From Calditrichia bacterium (GTDB lineage Bacteria > Calditrichota > Calditrichia > JAJRVZ01), in NCBI GenBank assembly GCA_963712885.1, contig CAVQJT010000014.1:23707-87706 (forward strand): 64,000 bases of DNA, given 5' to 3'. Of this stretch, positions 21,606 to 31,353 are shown piece after piece. Numbering within the stretch: the stretch's first letter is position 1; each line of letters starts with the position of its first letter. A program made the position numbers and the translations under genes. The notes beneath the pieces are model-generated. The model had not been told where the DNA came from, did not search any database, and was given only the letters and a program-made list of their open reading frames with translations.

Positions 21606-22902
21606 CAGAAATTAAATTCAATACCAAGTGTCGGAATAAAATCAGCGCGCAGGCCGCCGCTATTAAGTGGAACAAATACATTCGCCATGATCAACAAAGA
21701 TTCCTTGGGATTATATTTGAATCCAAAGGCTGCGTCGATCATGTTATCGTGTGAATAATCCGGGATATTGGTCAGAGAGATATTATCGACATAGTTGGTG
21801 CTGCCAACCGTATACCTGAGCGTTGCTTCGTTCGGAAATTGCTGCGACGCCGGCTGATCGCCAAGATCAAACCGCCCAAACAGATCAATAACCAGGGTAA
21901 ATGTTTCGGCCAATTTTTGATCATACCCCATGATAAATTCAAACTCATCACGATCCTCGTCGGTAAAGCGTTTTATATAACCGATGTTTAAATGGGGGGC
22001 AAATTCACCCAGTATCTTTGAACCAATCAATGAAAAGCGGAGCGAAGAGTAGCCGGTGCCGAGGAAATTATCAGCATCCCCGGTGGCCATCCGGTATTCT
22101 GCCAGGGCGCCAAAGTCGACCAGTTTTTCACGAACAAAATTATATTTGGCACGAATCGCAATATCCCCTATACCGGTTGCATCGTCATCAATCGGATTTG
22201 GCGTCTTTGTGAGAACAGGTTCAGTCTGCGTGCCGCCGAAATAGTGATTGGCGCTGTCATTGCTCACCCAGGTATAACTATTGATATTGGCTGTTGGATC
22301 CGATTTCAGCCGTACATTCGTAAACGGAACGGCGACACCAATATCGAACCGGTCGGTAACACCGTAGTGAAATAAAAGGCAAATACGGAAGCGCGGATAT
22401 CCAGATTCATGAATAGGTCCATCGTGTCAAATTCGTTCGGGCTGTCACCCAAACCTGGCGCTCCGACATCCTGGTGGGTAAACGTTAACCGCATATCTTT
22501 GACCGGAAGACCACGCACTTTGGTAAATTTTATATAGGTAAAGTTCAGGCCAAGATTTATTCTGCCACTACCCAGTGTCTGTGCCCGTTCGGAGTATATC
22601 GGGCCAAAGCTCGTTGATGTCGGTATTGGCTTGCCGGAGCTGAAATCAAAGGTCACGCCAGCGGTTGAGCTGCTCAGTGGGAATGACGCGACACTGTTCC
22701 CGATAAAATTATTGAGCGAATTGATCACGGCCTGACTCGCAGCGACGTTAACCGGAAGGAAATGTGCGCCGTGCTCTCCGGGACTTAATTCAAGAGTCAG
22801 TACTTCATCAAATATTCCGTTTATCTGCTCTTTCAGACTTTGGGCTTTAACAGAATGGACCAGACAGAATCCCATAAAAATGAAAGTAATTATTTTTTTC
22901 AT
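21605..22902 (-). CDS. Outer-membrane beta-barrel protein (transporter/MetA-like family), frameshifted
   Basis: Signal peptide MKKIITFIFMGFCLVHSVKAQ, a GIGDIAIRAKYNF motif and a C-terminal ...GIEFNF. Two ORFs in different frames join near 22350-22365. Confidence 0.6.
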
Positions 22903-22930
22903 ATATTGCTCCCCCGTTTCTTACTTGTTA

Positions 22931-25228
22931 TTAATTTGCTTCACTTATTTTTGTAATCAACCATTGCGTGCCGGATTCGCCCAGATCAATTTTCCACTTG
23001 TTGCGATTTCCCGCACCCCCGGCGCCGCTAAAATTCATGGTCACATCCACCAATACACTGGCACCATTACCTTTGAAGCCGATATCATTGATGGTATAAT
23101 CTATTTTGATGTCATCGGCGACATTGAAAAAAGGCTCCCACTGGTTCTTTAACTCTTCCCGGTAATTTTTAGAAATTGCCGATGCCTGATCGATGTTTTC
23201 TCGTTCAATGGCTGCAATATATTCGCGAATTGCCGCTTTGATTTGTTCGGATTGTTCATCCCTTCTCGTCAGCGATCTTTTATACAACTTTATGGCTTCC
23301 GAATAATCTTTTTGGGCAGATATATAATTTTTATCCCGAACATCGCCGTCGGCCTGGGCCATCAGAGTTTCGGCATTTTGATATTCATCAAGTTCACGGT
23401 GTGTGGCCTGAAGTTTTGATTTTTCATCCTGCGCCTGCAAACGCAGTGCTTCTGTTTCACTTTTTGTCTGTTCGAGTGCTCCTGTACTTTTTACGGTGGC
23501 ATCCGCAAATAATTTTTCGGCTTCTGCATATTTTTCGCCCGCTGATCGATATTCCTGCCGGCGCATCAGATTTTCCGCTTCATTTTCACTCTTTTCCGCC
23601 TGTGAAAATAGTTGTCCTGCAAATACTGGCGCCTGGATCCGTTCGGCTTCACTCTTACGCTCCAGCATGGCGTTTTTTTGTTCAAGTATTTGTCTGTCCG
23701 GCACGGCATTTTCTTTGGATTCGGTAATTTTAGGTTCGGTAATCACCTTGCGTTGTGCCGGTTCGTTTGAGATGGATCGACTGCTTTGACCGGAAACCGG
23801 TTTTTGGGTTGGTTTTTCAACGGGAGGTGGCAGCTGTTCGATATTTTCCTGGGGGGCATTGGATGTCCCGATGACCTGCTCGGTCACATCATCTCCGGGC
23901 TGTTTTTTTTCCGGTGTGCCTGATAACAGCCACCACAAGCCTGCCGTGCCGAGCACCGCTATCGCAGCAAGGGGAATAAGCCATTTTTTTATGCTGCCAC
24001 CGTTGCCGGATTCTATCCTACTATCACCACTCGAGGTCAGTGAAGAAGTTGGGCGTTCGGATATCATGATTGATTCAATATCAACTTCCTTCATTACCCG
24101 CCAGATGGAGTGATCACGTTTGATCCACTGGCGCATCAGGTCAATCTGAAAACTGTAGCCATTATTGGTTTTACTGACATATTTTATATGATAGAGCGAT
24201 TCGAGAATGGTATTTACTATCTGGCTGTCGAGTTCCAATCCCAGTTTTTTCTTTTTTGTCTCTTTGATCATCTCATCGGGTTTAATCTCGGTCCCGGCAT
24301 CCTCCAGAATTTCGGCGAGTAAAGACATCATAAGCATCTGACTTTGCGGCAGGCTGTTCCAGAAATAAATCATTTGCGGGAGTGGATTTTCCAGAATTTC
24401 GTTTACGATCTGTTCTAGATCCTCAAGGGTAATCTGGGTGCGCTCATGCTCATTGACAAAATCGACGATATTCTGCCCGACGATCTGAGTGTAAAACGGT
24501 TGCCCGGACGTCAACCGATAAATTGAATTGAGGACCTTTTCATCATATGTGATAAATTCCTTAACCGGTTCGGATATCAGCCGAAAGGTATCCTGTTCAG
24601 ACAGGAAACTGACGTTTCGAAAAAGAGATTTCCCAAACAGATTTTGCCAGAAGGGGGTCCCACGTTCCTGCAGGGTTCTTGAGCCGGTAAAAATGAATGA
24701 AATATGCCTGTCACTCTCGAGAATACCTGAAAGAAAAGGAACAAAATTTGGACTTAGACTGCCTTCCTGACTCTTTGTTTCGATCAGTTCATACTCATCG
24801 ATCAGGAATATTTTATTTTTTTGTGGATAGACCGCATGAATATCATCGAGTAGCTGGGAGAAGACCTTGTATGGACTGTACTCTTTTGAAGAGAAGTCGT
24901 AACGCTTTTGTTTAAGTGACTCATCCAGATTTTTGATGGTTTCTATGGCAAATTTTTCAAAAAATTCCGCCTCATTTTTTAGGCCGGCCATGGTTTGCAT
25001 ATCGATCAGGATGGGAATAAAATTATCCCCGAGACGCCCGTTTAAAATTTGGAAAAGTATCGATGTCTTTCCGCTTCGTCGTTCTCCGGACAGCACGATA
25101 ATATAACTTTGACTCCCGCTCTCAAGTTTACGACGGATAAATTCAAAATCATCTTCACGACCATAAAACATCTTTTTTGTTTTTATCGGGTTGCCGACAA
25201 TATACGGATTGGTAATTGGTGTAAACAT
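22931..25228 (-). CDS. Membrane-anchored STAND/AAA_16-like ATPase with periplasmic Pro-rich linker, TPR/coiled coil and C-terminal NTF2/SnoaL-like domain
   Basis: N-terminal Walker A LSGERRSGKTSIL and Walker B IFLIDEYE, TM helix WLIPLAAIAVLGTAGLWWLL, and C-terminal ...WKIDLGESGTQWLITKISEAN. Confidence 0.7.
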   Translation of the reverse strand: MFTPITNPYIVGNPIKTKKMFYGREDDFEFIRRKLESGSQSYIIVLSGERRSGKTSILFQILNGRLGDNFIPILIDMQTMAGLKNEAEFFEKFAIETIKNLDESLKQKRYDFSSKEYSPYKVFSQLLDDIHAVYPQKNKIFLIDEYELIETKSQEGSLSPNFVPFLSGILESDRHISFIFTGSRTLQERGTPFWQNLFGKSLFRNVSFLSEQDTFRLISEPVKEFITYDEKVLNSIYRLTSGQPFYTQIVGQNIVDFVNEHERTQITLEDLEQIVNEILENPLPQMIYFWNSLPQSQMLMMSLLAEILEDAGTEIKPDEMIKETKKKKLGLELDSQIVNTILESLYHIKYVSKTNNGYSFQIDLMRQWIKRDHSIWRVMKEVDIESIMISERPTSSLTSSGDSRIESGNGGSIKKWLIPLAAIAVLGTAGLWWLLSGTPEKKQPGDDVTEQVIGTSNAPQENIEQLPPPVEKPTQKPVSGQSSRSISNEPAQRKVITEPKITESKENAVPDRQILEQKNAMLERKSEAERIQAPVFAGQLFSQAEKSENEAENLMRRQEYRSAGEKYAEAEKLFADATVKSTGALEQTKSETEALRLQAQDEKSKLQATHRELDEYQNAETLMAQADGDVRDKNYISAQKDYSEAIKLYKRSLTRRDEQSEQIKAAIREYIAAIERENIDQASAISKNYREELKNQWEPFFNVADDIKIDYTINDIGFKGNGASVLVDVTMNFSGAGGAGNRNKWKIDLGESGTQWLITKISEAN

Positions 25229-25744
25229 CAGTATTTGCTCATATGTTTTATGTTTTTATATGATCAGCTATGATCACAGCCCGAACAGTAAAGGGTGACT
25301 TTCTTAACAGTGCGAACAAATGCTGTCCGCCGGAGAACTATGTAATTTTTAATTAAACTAAATAAAAGACTGAATTAATCCGGTTCAAAACACCGATGTG
25401 CTCAAATAGAAATTATAAATAAAATATGGCCTTTAGGCTGAATATGCAGAGTGTATTCTGCGATCAAAAAATCTTTATCGAATCCCGCGGGAGATTAAGC
25501 AGGGGAAAAAATAATACTTCCGGTGCCCTGATAATATAAATCTTCAAACGGCAATAAGGGATCCAGGCGCAGACTATAAAGGGAGCGTCGTTCGGTATTA
25601 TTAAGTCTAAACCTATGATTATTTCATAACATAACGGGGGTATGAGAATATTAAAGAAAAGAGTAAATTTACCGTGTTTATTTGTAATCAATTTCGTCAA
25701 AGATTATAAAGTTTCTTTGGGGAGAAATCTTCTGGGGGGAATTT

Positions 25745-25774
25745 TTTAAATACTACTTGAACGTAGTATTTAAA
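25745..25774. promoter_or_regulatory. Perfect 30 bp palindrome (12 bp arms, 6 bp spacer), candidate Rrf2 operator
   Basis: TTTAAATACTAC ttgaac GTAGTATTTAAA lies ~30 bp upstream of the Rrf2 gene start. Confidence 0.45.
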
Positions 25775-25805
25775 TATTTTATATTTCTACTCAGGGGTAG
25801 AGGTT

Positions 25806-26498
25806 ATGAGATTTCAAAAGACAACAGAATATGCCATCCGCGTCATGGTCTTTTTGGCTGCCAACAACGAAGACGTGTATTCTGTGAACCGTCTGCACAA
25901 ACTACTCAATATTCCGTATAAATATCTCGGTCGGCTGATGAACAAACTTACCCAGGCAGATTTCGTAACGGTGGCGCACGGTAAAAAGGGTGGTTATCGT
26001 TTAAACACCTCCCGCCAGCCTGTATATTTGTACCAGATCATTGGATTGGTGGAAGGACTGGAAAATTATGACCGCTGCATATTGGGATTTGAATCGTGTT
26101 GCGATGACCATCCCTGTCCCATGCACAAAATCTGGCTGCCGTTTAAAGCAGATCTGCGGGATATGATTTACAATACAACACTGGAAGATCTGGAAATGGA
26201 AGTAGCCGGAAAACATAAAAAAACGGATACCGCATGGCTTGAGGGGGAACCCGATTGGATCCGTATGCAGCCTGCAGGTATTATCGATGGTACGGGAATG
26301 CTCAGCCGGGGGGAACATCCCCTGAACACAATCATAGTAATGTTGCGGGAGATTAAACCGGGACAAATAATTCTTTTAAAGACAAATTTTAAGCCAATTC
26401 CATTGATCGATGAAATGACAAAACAGAAATATGAGGTCTTCTCTAAAAACCTGGTAGACAAGCCGGATCAGCATCTGACTTTTATCCGGCGCCCTTAA
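25806..26498 (+). CDS. Rrf2 family transcriptional regulator fused to a C-terminal DUF2249-like domain
   Basis: N-terminal wHTH MRFQKTTEYAIRVMVFLA, Cys cluster CILGFESCCDDHPCPMH, and a C-terminal segment ...GEHPLNTIIVMLREIKPGQIILLKTNFKPIPLIDEM. Confidence 0.8.
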   Translation: MRFQKTTEYAIRVMVFLAANNEDVYSVNRLHKLLNIPYKYLGRLMNKLTQADFVTVAHGKKGGYRLNTSRQPVYLYQIIGLVEGLENYDRCILGFESCCDDHPCPMHKIWLPFKADLRDMIYNTTLEDLEMEVAGKHKKTDTAWLEGEPDWIRMQPAGIIDGTGMLSRGEHPLNTIIVMLREIKPGQIILLKTNFKPIPLIDEMTKQKYEVFSKNLVDKPDQHLTFIRRP

Positions 26499-26512
26499 GG
26501 GAAACGGGAAAT

Positions 26513-26986
26513 ATGAAAAGAGATTCCAACCTTCAAACTTTATCCTGGGAGCACCACGATGGCCTCGTTCTTGTTTTCCGGATCGATCGGGGGCTGAAGA
26601 ATCGAACAAAAGCCGGTATAATCAGGTTGTACCTGTTGCATGCCTGGGAGGTGGATTTGACCCATCATTTCTGGCAGGAAGAAGAAATATTACCAGCCAT
26701 CCTTGAGCAGTCTGAAGAGGGAAAATTTTTCCTGGCAAGGATGCTGAAGGACCATAAAGATTTTGAGAAACGAATAAGCGTGCTCAACCGGGAAACCAGT
26801 AAGCTGAAGGAAAATCTGGAGATATTTGCGCAAAAGCTCAATGATCATATCCGCTTTGAAGAGCGTCAGTTATTTCCGTTTATCGAACGCAATGCCAATG
26901 AAAATGAAATAAACCGGATAGGTATGTTTCTGCATACTCAACATCATACAGGAAAAAAATGCTGGGAACCTGCTTTCTGGCGGTAG
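26513..26986 (+). CDS. Hemerythrin-like HHE cation-binding domain protein
   Basis: Repeated H/E ligand motifs WEHHD, LTHHFWQEEE and HIRFEERQ. Confidence 0.7.
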   Translation: MKRDSNLQTLSWEHHDGLVLVFRIDRGLKNRTKAGIIRLYLLHAWEVDLTHHFWQEEEILPAILEQSEEGKFFLARMLKDHKDFEKRISVLNRETSKLKENLEIFAQKLNDHIRFEERQLFPFIERNANENEINRIGMFLHTQHHTGKKCWEPAFWR

Positions 26987-27057
26987 GGATTAGGAATGTG
27001 GATGGGAGGGGAAAATAAAAATAGTCAGCGAAATAAAGATCAAATTTGCAGAAGCAG

Positions 27058-28145
27058 ATGGTTTTAAGATACAACCTTTCCGACGGTGGATTCAGATTGG
27101 ATTTGTTTTTATTGTCATTTGGATTGGAATCGAATTTGCTGTTTTTGTGGATCAAATTGCCAAAGGAATAATTCCAACCATTGGGAGACCGCCGGGCGTG
27201 GAAGCTTTTCTACCGATCAGTGCTCTGATAAGTATGAAGTACTGGCTGGTTACCGGCATCTTCAACACCGTTCATCCATCCGCCCTGGTCTTGTTGTTGA
27301 TTTTTCTGGCCATGGCTGTATGGCTTAAAAAGGGTTTTTGCGCCTGGGTATGTCCGTTTGGATTGTTATCGGAATTTCTTTCCGGAATCCATAAAAAAAT
27401 TTTTGATCGACAATTTTATTTGCCACGTTGGCTTGATTATCCCTTCCGGACGGTAAAATATTTTCTATTGTTTTTCTTTTTATGGGCTGTGTTGGTCCAA
27501 ATGGATGTGATCGATCTTGAAAAATTCATCTATAGCCCCTACAACCGGGTCGCGGATATAAAAATGCTGTTTTTCTTTACCAAAATGTCTGCCACCACAT
27601 TCTGGGTTCTCGCGATACTGGTCGGCCTTTCACTGGCCATACCCTACTTCTGGTGTCGTTATTTGTGCCCTTATGGCGCTCTCCTCGGCGCTCTGAGCTG
27701 GTTGAGCCCCTTTAAAGTCAGGCGTGATATAAAGACCTGCATCGATTGCGAGAAATGTACCCAGGTCTGTCCGTCTCAGATAAAAGTTCACAAGGCAAGA
27801 TCGGTGATTTCAGATGAATGTCATGCCTGCCTGCACTGTGTCGACATTTGTCCGGTAAAGAACACACTTTATATGGCACTTCCGTCAAAACGAAAAATTT
27901 TACCCCGGAAGGTATTCGCTCTGGCAATCGTGGCTGTATTTTTGGTTGGGATCGTGATCGCCAGGATATCAGGTTTCTGGCAAAACAGTATTCCGGTTCA
28001 GGAATATATGTATCATATGCAGAATATGGAGGGACCGGAATATTATCATAACCGGGGTGAGGTTCCGGATTATGATCGGGATCGCTGGGGGCAGGAAAAT
28101 CACAACACGGAATCGGGAGAAAATTTACCCGAAGATGGCCGGTAA
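27058..28145 (+). CDS. NapH/MauN-like membrane-bound polyferredoxin (start region frameshifted)
   Basis: CAWVCPFG, CRYLCPYG, CIDCEKCTQVCP and CHACLHCVDICP. The conserved FRRWIQIGFVF N-terminus is in frame 0, which has no start codon upstream of GTG 27147. The ATG at 27058 is one base out of frame. Confidence 0.7.
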
Positions 28146-28321
28146 AATGGTATTTTGGCATGCAGTTAGTACAGCCTGATCATGTTTTCCAAGATGAAAT
28201 CGACAGGTGGTTTCTAAATCCACACACGTGTATATAAACCCAGAAAAAGAATTTGTATTAATCGATCCTTATACCCTATATTCGATTCCTTACGGCCAAT
28301 ATATGTACAGGGAATCATGAT

Positions 28322-29458
28322 ATGACTGCTGGAATGGATCACACAGATGTCTATATAAGACTGGCCAAATTTTTAGATGATTTACCGGCTGGTTTTCCGC
28401 GAACAGAAAAGGGCACCGAATTTCGTATTCTGCGACAACTCTTCACGCCGGAAGAAGCCGGACTGACCTTACATCTCACGCTCATTCCGGAGACCGCAAA
28501 AGTGATCGCGCGGCGGGCGGATCAGGATCCTGCCGGGATCAAAATAAAACTGGATGATATGTCCCGCAAGGGATTGATCTATTCGGTTGAGCAGGCAGGT
28601 AAACCCACGACCTATATGGCAAATCAGATGATTATTGGCATCTGGGAATATCACGTAACCCAATTAAATCCGGATCTGATCAGGGAAATGAACGAATATA
28701 TTCCTGCCCTGATCGACGAGGCCTGGAAAATACCTCAGCTGCGCACCATCCCGGTAAAACGCAGCCTGAAACCGACACATGAGGTGATGACCTATGAAAT
28801 TGCCGAAGAGCTTGTCGATAGGCATAAGCGGATAGCCGTTGCTCCCTGTATCTGCCGGAGGGAGCGCAAAATGGAAGGGGAGGGGTGTGATCGTCTGGAA
28901 GAGGCCTGTCTGATATTCGGTAGTGGCGCAGATTATTATGTGCGCAACGGAATAGGACGTTATATCACCCGCCACGAAGCGCTGGAAATTCTTAAAACAG
29001 CGGATGCAACCGGACTGGTCCTTCAGCCCGGAAATGCTCAGAACGCTGCAAATATTTGTTGCTGTTGCGGATGCTGCTGCGGCGTTCTGCGAACGCTCAA
29101 TAAAATGCCGCGACCGGTAGAGTATGTCTCGTCTCCGTTTTTTGCCGAAGTTGACGAGGAAAATTGTGAAGGATGTGAAGTCTGTTCTGATCGTTGTCAG
29201 GTTTATGCGTTCTCCTACCAAATGGGGAAAGCTCACCTGAATAAGGATCGCTGTATCGGGTGCGGCCTTTGTGTCACAACGTGTCCCACCGATGCACTCA
29301 AACTGGTTCGGAAAGCCTCTGTGGATCAACCTGAAGTCCCTAAAAATACGCGTGATACCTACCTAAAACTCGGCCGCCTGCGCGGCAAACTGAATCTCCC
29401 TGTGATCGCAAAATTATTGATTAAATCGAAAATAGACCGGTTTCTGGCTGGAAAATAA
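28322..29458 (+). CDS. Cys-rich Fe-S protein with two 4Fe-4S ferredoxin motifs and a CCCCGCCCG segment
   Basis: CEGCEVCSDRCQ, CIGCGLCVTTCP, APCICRRE...C...C and NICCCCGCCCG. Confidence 0.7.
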   Translation: MTAGMDHTDVYIRLAKFLDDLPAGFPRTEKGTEFRILRQLFTPEEAGLTLHLTLIPETAKVIARRADQDPAGIKIKLDDMSRKGLIYSVEQAGKPTTYMANQMIIGIWEYHVTQLNPDLIREMNEYIPALIDEAWKIPQLRTIPVKRSLKPTHEVMTYEIAEELVDRHKRIAVAPCICRRERKMEGEGCDRLEEACLIFGSGADYYVRNGIGRYITRHEALEILKTADATGLVLQPGNAQNAANICCCCGCCCGVLRTLNKMPRPVEYVSSPFFAEVDEENCEGCEVCSDRCQVYAFSYQMGKAHLNKDRCIGCGLCVTTCPTDALKLVRKASVDQPEVPKNTRDTYLKLGRLRGKLNLPVIAKLLIKSKIDRFLAGK

Positions 29459-29565
29459 AACCCTTCAAATTGCACCATACCTGCCAATTTCATTGCAGCA
29501 TTGACGGTTTGAACCATGTAATTATTATACAGACGTTTACGTACCAGAAAGGGAGGTTGGTAAAA

Positions 29566-29724
29566 TGCAACATCAAACAACAAAATGGAGCAGCCTGCTT
29601 TTTGTTCTGTTTGTTGTTGCGATGAAGGTTTCACAATTTTTCAGGCAGATGGCGAATCGGGAGTTTTTTGGTGCCGGAATTGAGAAGGCTTTAAAATCCT
29701 CAAATAAAGGTCGAACGGAATCGA
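29566..29724 (+). CDS. Possible small membrane protein (52 aa)
   Basis: SD AAGGGAGGT 7 nt upstream of the ATG, one TM segment, followed by hairpin GGTGGGGT-N11-ACCCCACC. Confidence 0.3.
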
Positions 29725-29912
29725 CGGGATGACAACAACCGGGTGGGGTCGTGCGCCACAACCCCACCTTTCCAAATATATGCAATTGTGATCAATCGAA
29801 TGTTAATCGGTATAAATAATACGCGGGATTTTTGATATGTGAACCGCGGTTAGGCCATGACCGGATTTGTATTTTTGATTGGCAGCCGCTGGAATGAGTT
29901 GACTGCCCGAAA

Positions 29913-30395
29913 TTAGTGATGGTGACCACCGGGACCATGAACATGACCGTGTGAAAGTTCTTCCGAGGTGGCATCGCGAATTTCGGTGACTTCCACATCA
30001 AAAGTCAGCGCCTCACCAGCCAGAGGGTGATTTCCATCAACGGTGACCTCATTTTCACCGACATCGGTTACTGTGACGATCTGAACCCCTTCGTCGCCCT
30101 GAACCTGAAATCGCATGCCCGGTTCAAGCTCATCCACATCTTTGAATGCAGTTCGGGGAATTTGCAGTTTCAGGGTTTCATTTTTTATACCGTAGGCTTC
30201 TTCCGGGGCCACGGTTACCTGCAGTTTTTCTCCCGCCTGTTTCCCTTCCAGTGCTTTTTCCAAACCGATTATGATATTGCCCCGTCCGTGCAGGTATGAA
30301 AGCGGTTCCTGTCCTTCCGAACTGTCAAGAATTTCGCCGTCTTTATCGGTCAAAGTGTAGTGAATAGTGACAACTTTATCCTGAGCTGCTGCATG
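29913..30395 (-). CDS. slyD: FKBP-type peptidyl-prolyl cis-trans isomerase SlyD (His-rich tail), frameshift at start codon
   Basis: LSYLHG...VDGNHPLAG...HGHVHGPGGHHH. GGAGGT-N5-ATG lies at 30395 but is one base out of frame with AAAQDKVVTIHYTLTD. Confidence 0.8.
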   Translation of the reverse strand, partial: HAAAQDKVVTIHYTLTDKDGEILDSSEGQEPLSYLHGRGNIIIGLEKALEGKQAGEKLQVTVAPEEAYGIKNETLKLQIPRTAFKDVDELEPGMRFQVQGDEGVQIVTVTDVGENEVTVDGNHPLAGEALTFDVEVTEIRDATSEELSHGHVHGPGGHHH

Positions 30396-30477
30396 TTTTA
30401 CCTCCGTTTTAGAAAAATTTTAGTTAAAAGTTGAAATTACAGAATAAATAAAGAAACACAAAAAAATATTCAACATT

Positions 30478-30730
30478 CTAAAAAATGATCAATCTGGTCG
30501 CCAAATTTAGCGCTTCTTCCGCCGCGGTGCCTTTGGTGGCGAGTACCACAACCTCTCCAAAAGAAGCCGTTTATGAGAACGTTCCAGTCTGCAAATTGTT
30601 GCTAATCTCAGTTTTCCAGAATGAAATTTTATTCGGATCGCGGGATCCCGCCATAACCTGAAATCCATGCTTGATAAATCCGGCGGCAAGTGTTTTTCCT
30701 AAGACGCCGGATCCCAATATTTCTATCTTC
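30478..30730 (-). pseudogene. Remnant of an NADPH-dependent F420 reductase-like (NAD(P)-binding Rossmann) gene
   Basis: MKIEILGSGVLGKTLAAGF...GTFS*TASFGEVVVLATKGTAAEEALNLA has an in-frame TAA at 30571-30573 and is truncated after ~84 codons. Confidence 0.55.
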
Positions 30731-30879
30731 ATTGTATTACTCTATATTATATTACGGATTATTTTTTGGCCACATTACCCACACATCATCATTTAACCCT
30801 GATCATGGCCGGATTCATTCCAATAATTTTGTTTGATGCAGCAAATTCCCGGTTAAAAATAAAAATATAGAGGTTTGAT

Positions 30880-31353
30880 TTATTTTGAGAGGTGCTGCAG
30901 CGATAACTGCGTGGTTTCCTTGGCCGTGGAAAGAACGATGTCGGTAGTGGTATTTTTAATTCCCGGCCAGGCCTGGACCTCCGCGAGCAGTTTTTCCAGT
31001 GCGATCATGTCTGCCACCCGGATCTTGATCAGATGTGAACCGCTGCCGGTGATTGCGTGGCACTCGAGAACTTCGGATTTTGCCACCGCCAGGTCCACCA
31101 CCTGTTGATAGTGAACCGATGATTCAGAGACCAGAAAAATATACGCGGTAATCTCAAGTCCGATCTTCCGGTTATTGATTACCGCGTGATAACCGCTGAT
31201 ATATTTATGTTCTTCGAGTTTGTGCATACGTTCACTGACCGCCGGGATAGAAAGATTAACCTGTTCAGCCAGTACGCCCCGTTTTATCCGGGCATTGGCC
31301 TGAAGAATTTCAAGGATTTTCAGATCTATCTCATCCAGCTGGTCGCCATGCAT
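30880..31353 (-). CDS. Lrp/AsnC family transcriptional regulator
   Basis: HTH IDLKILEILQANARIKRGVLAEQVNLSIPAVSERM followed by a RAM domain. Confidence 0.85.
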   Translation of the reverse strand: MHGDQLDEIDLKILEILQANARIKRGVLAEQVNLSIPAVSERMHKLEEHKYISGYHAVINNRKIGLEITAYIFLVSESSVHYQQVVDLAVAKSEVLECHAITGSGSHLIKIRVADMIALEKLLAEVQAWPGIKNTTTDIVLSTAKETTQLSLQHLSK

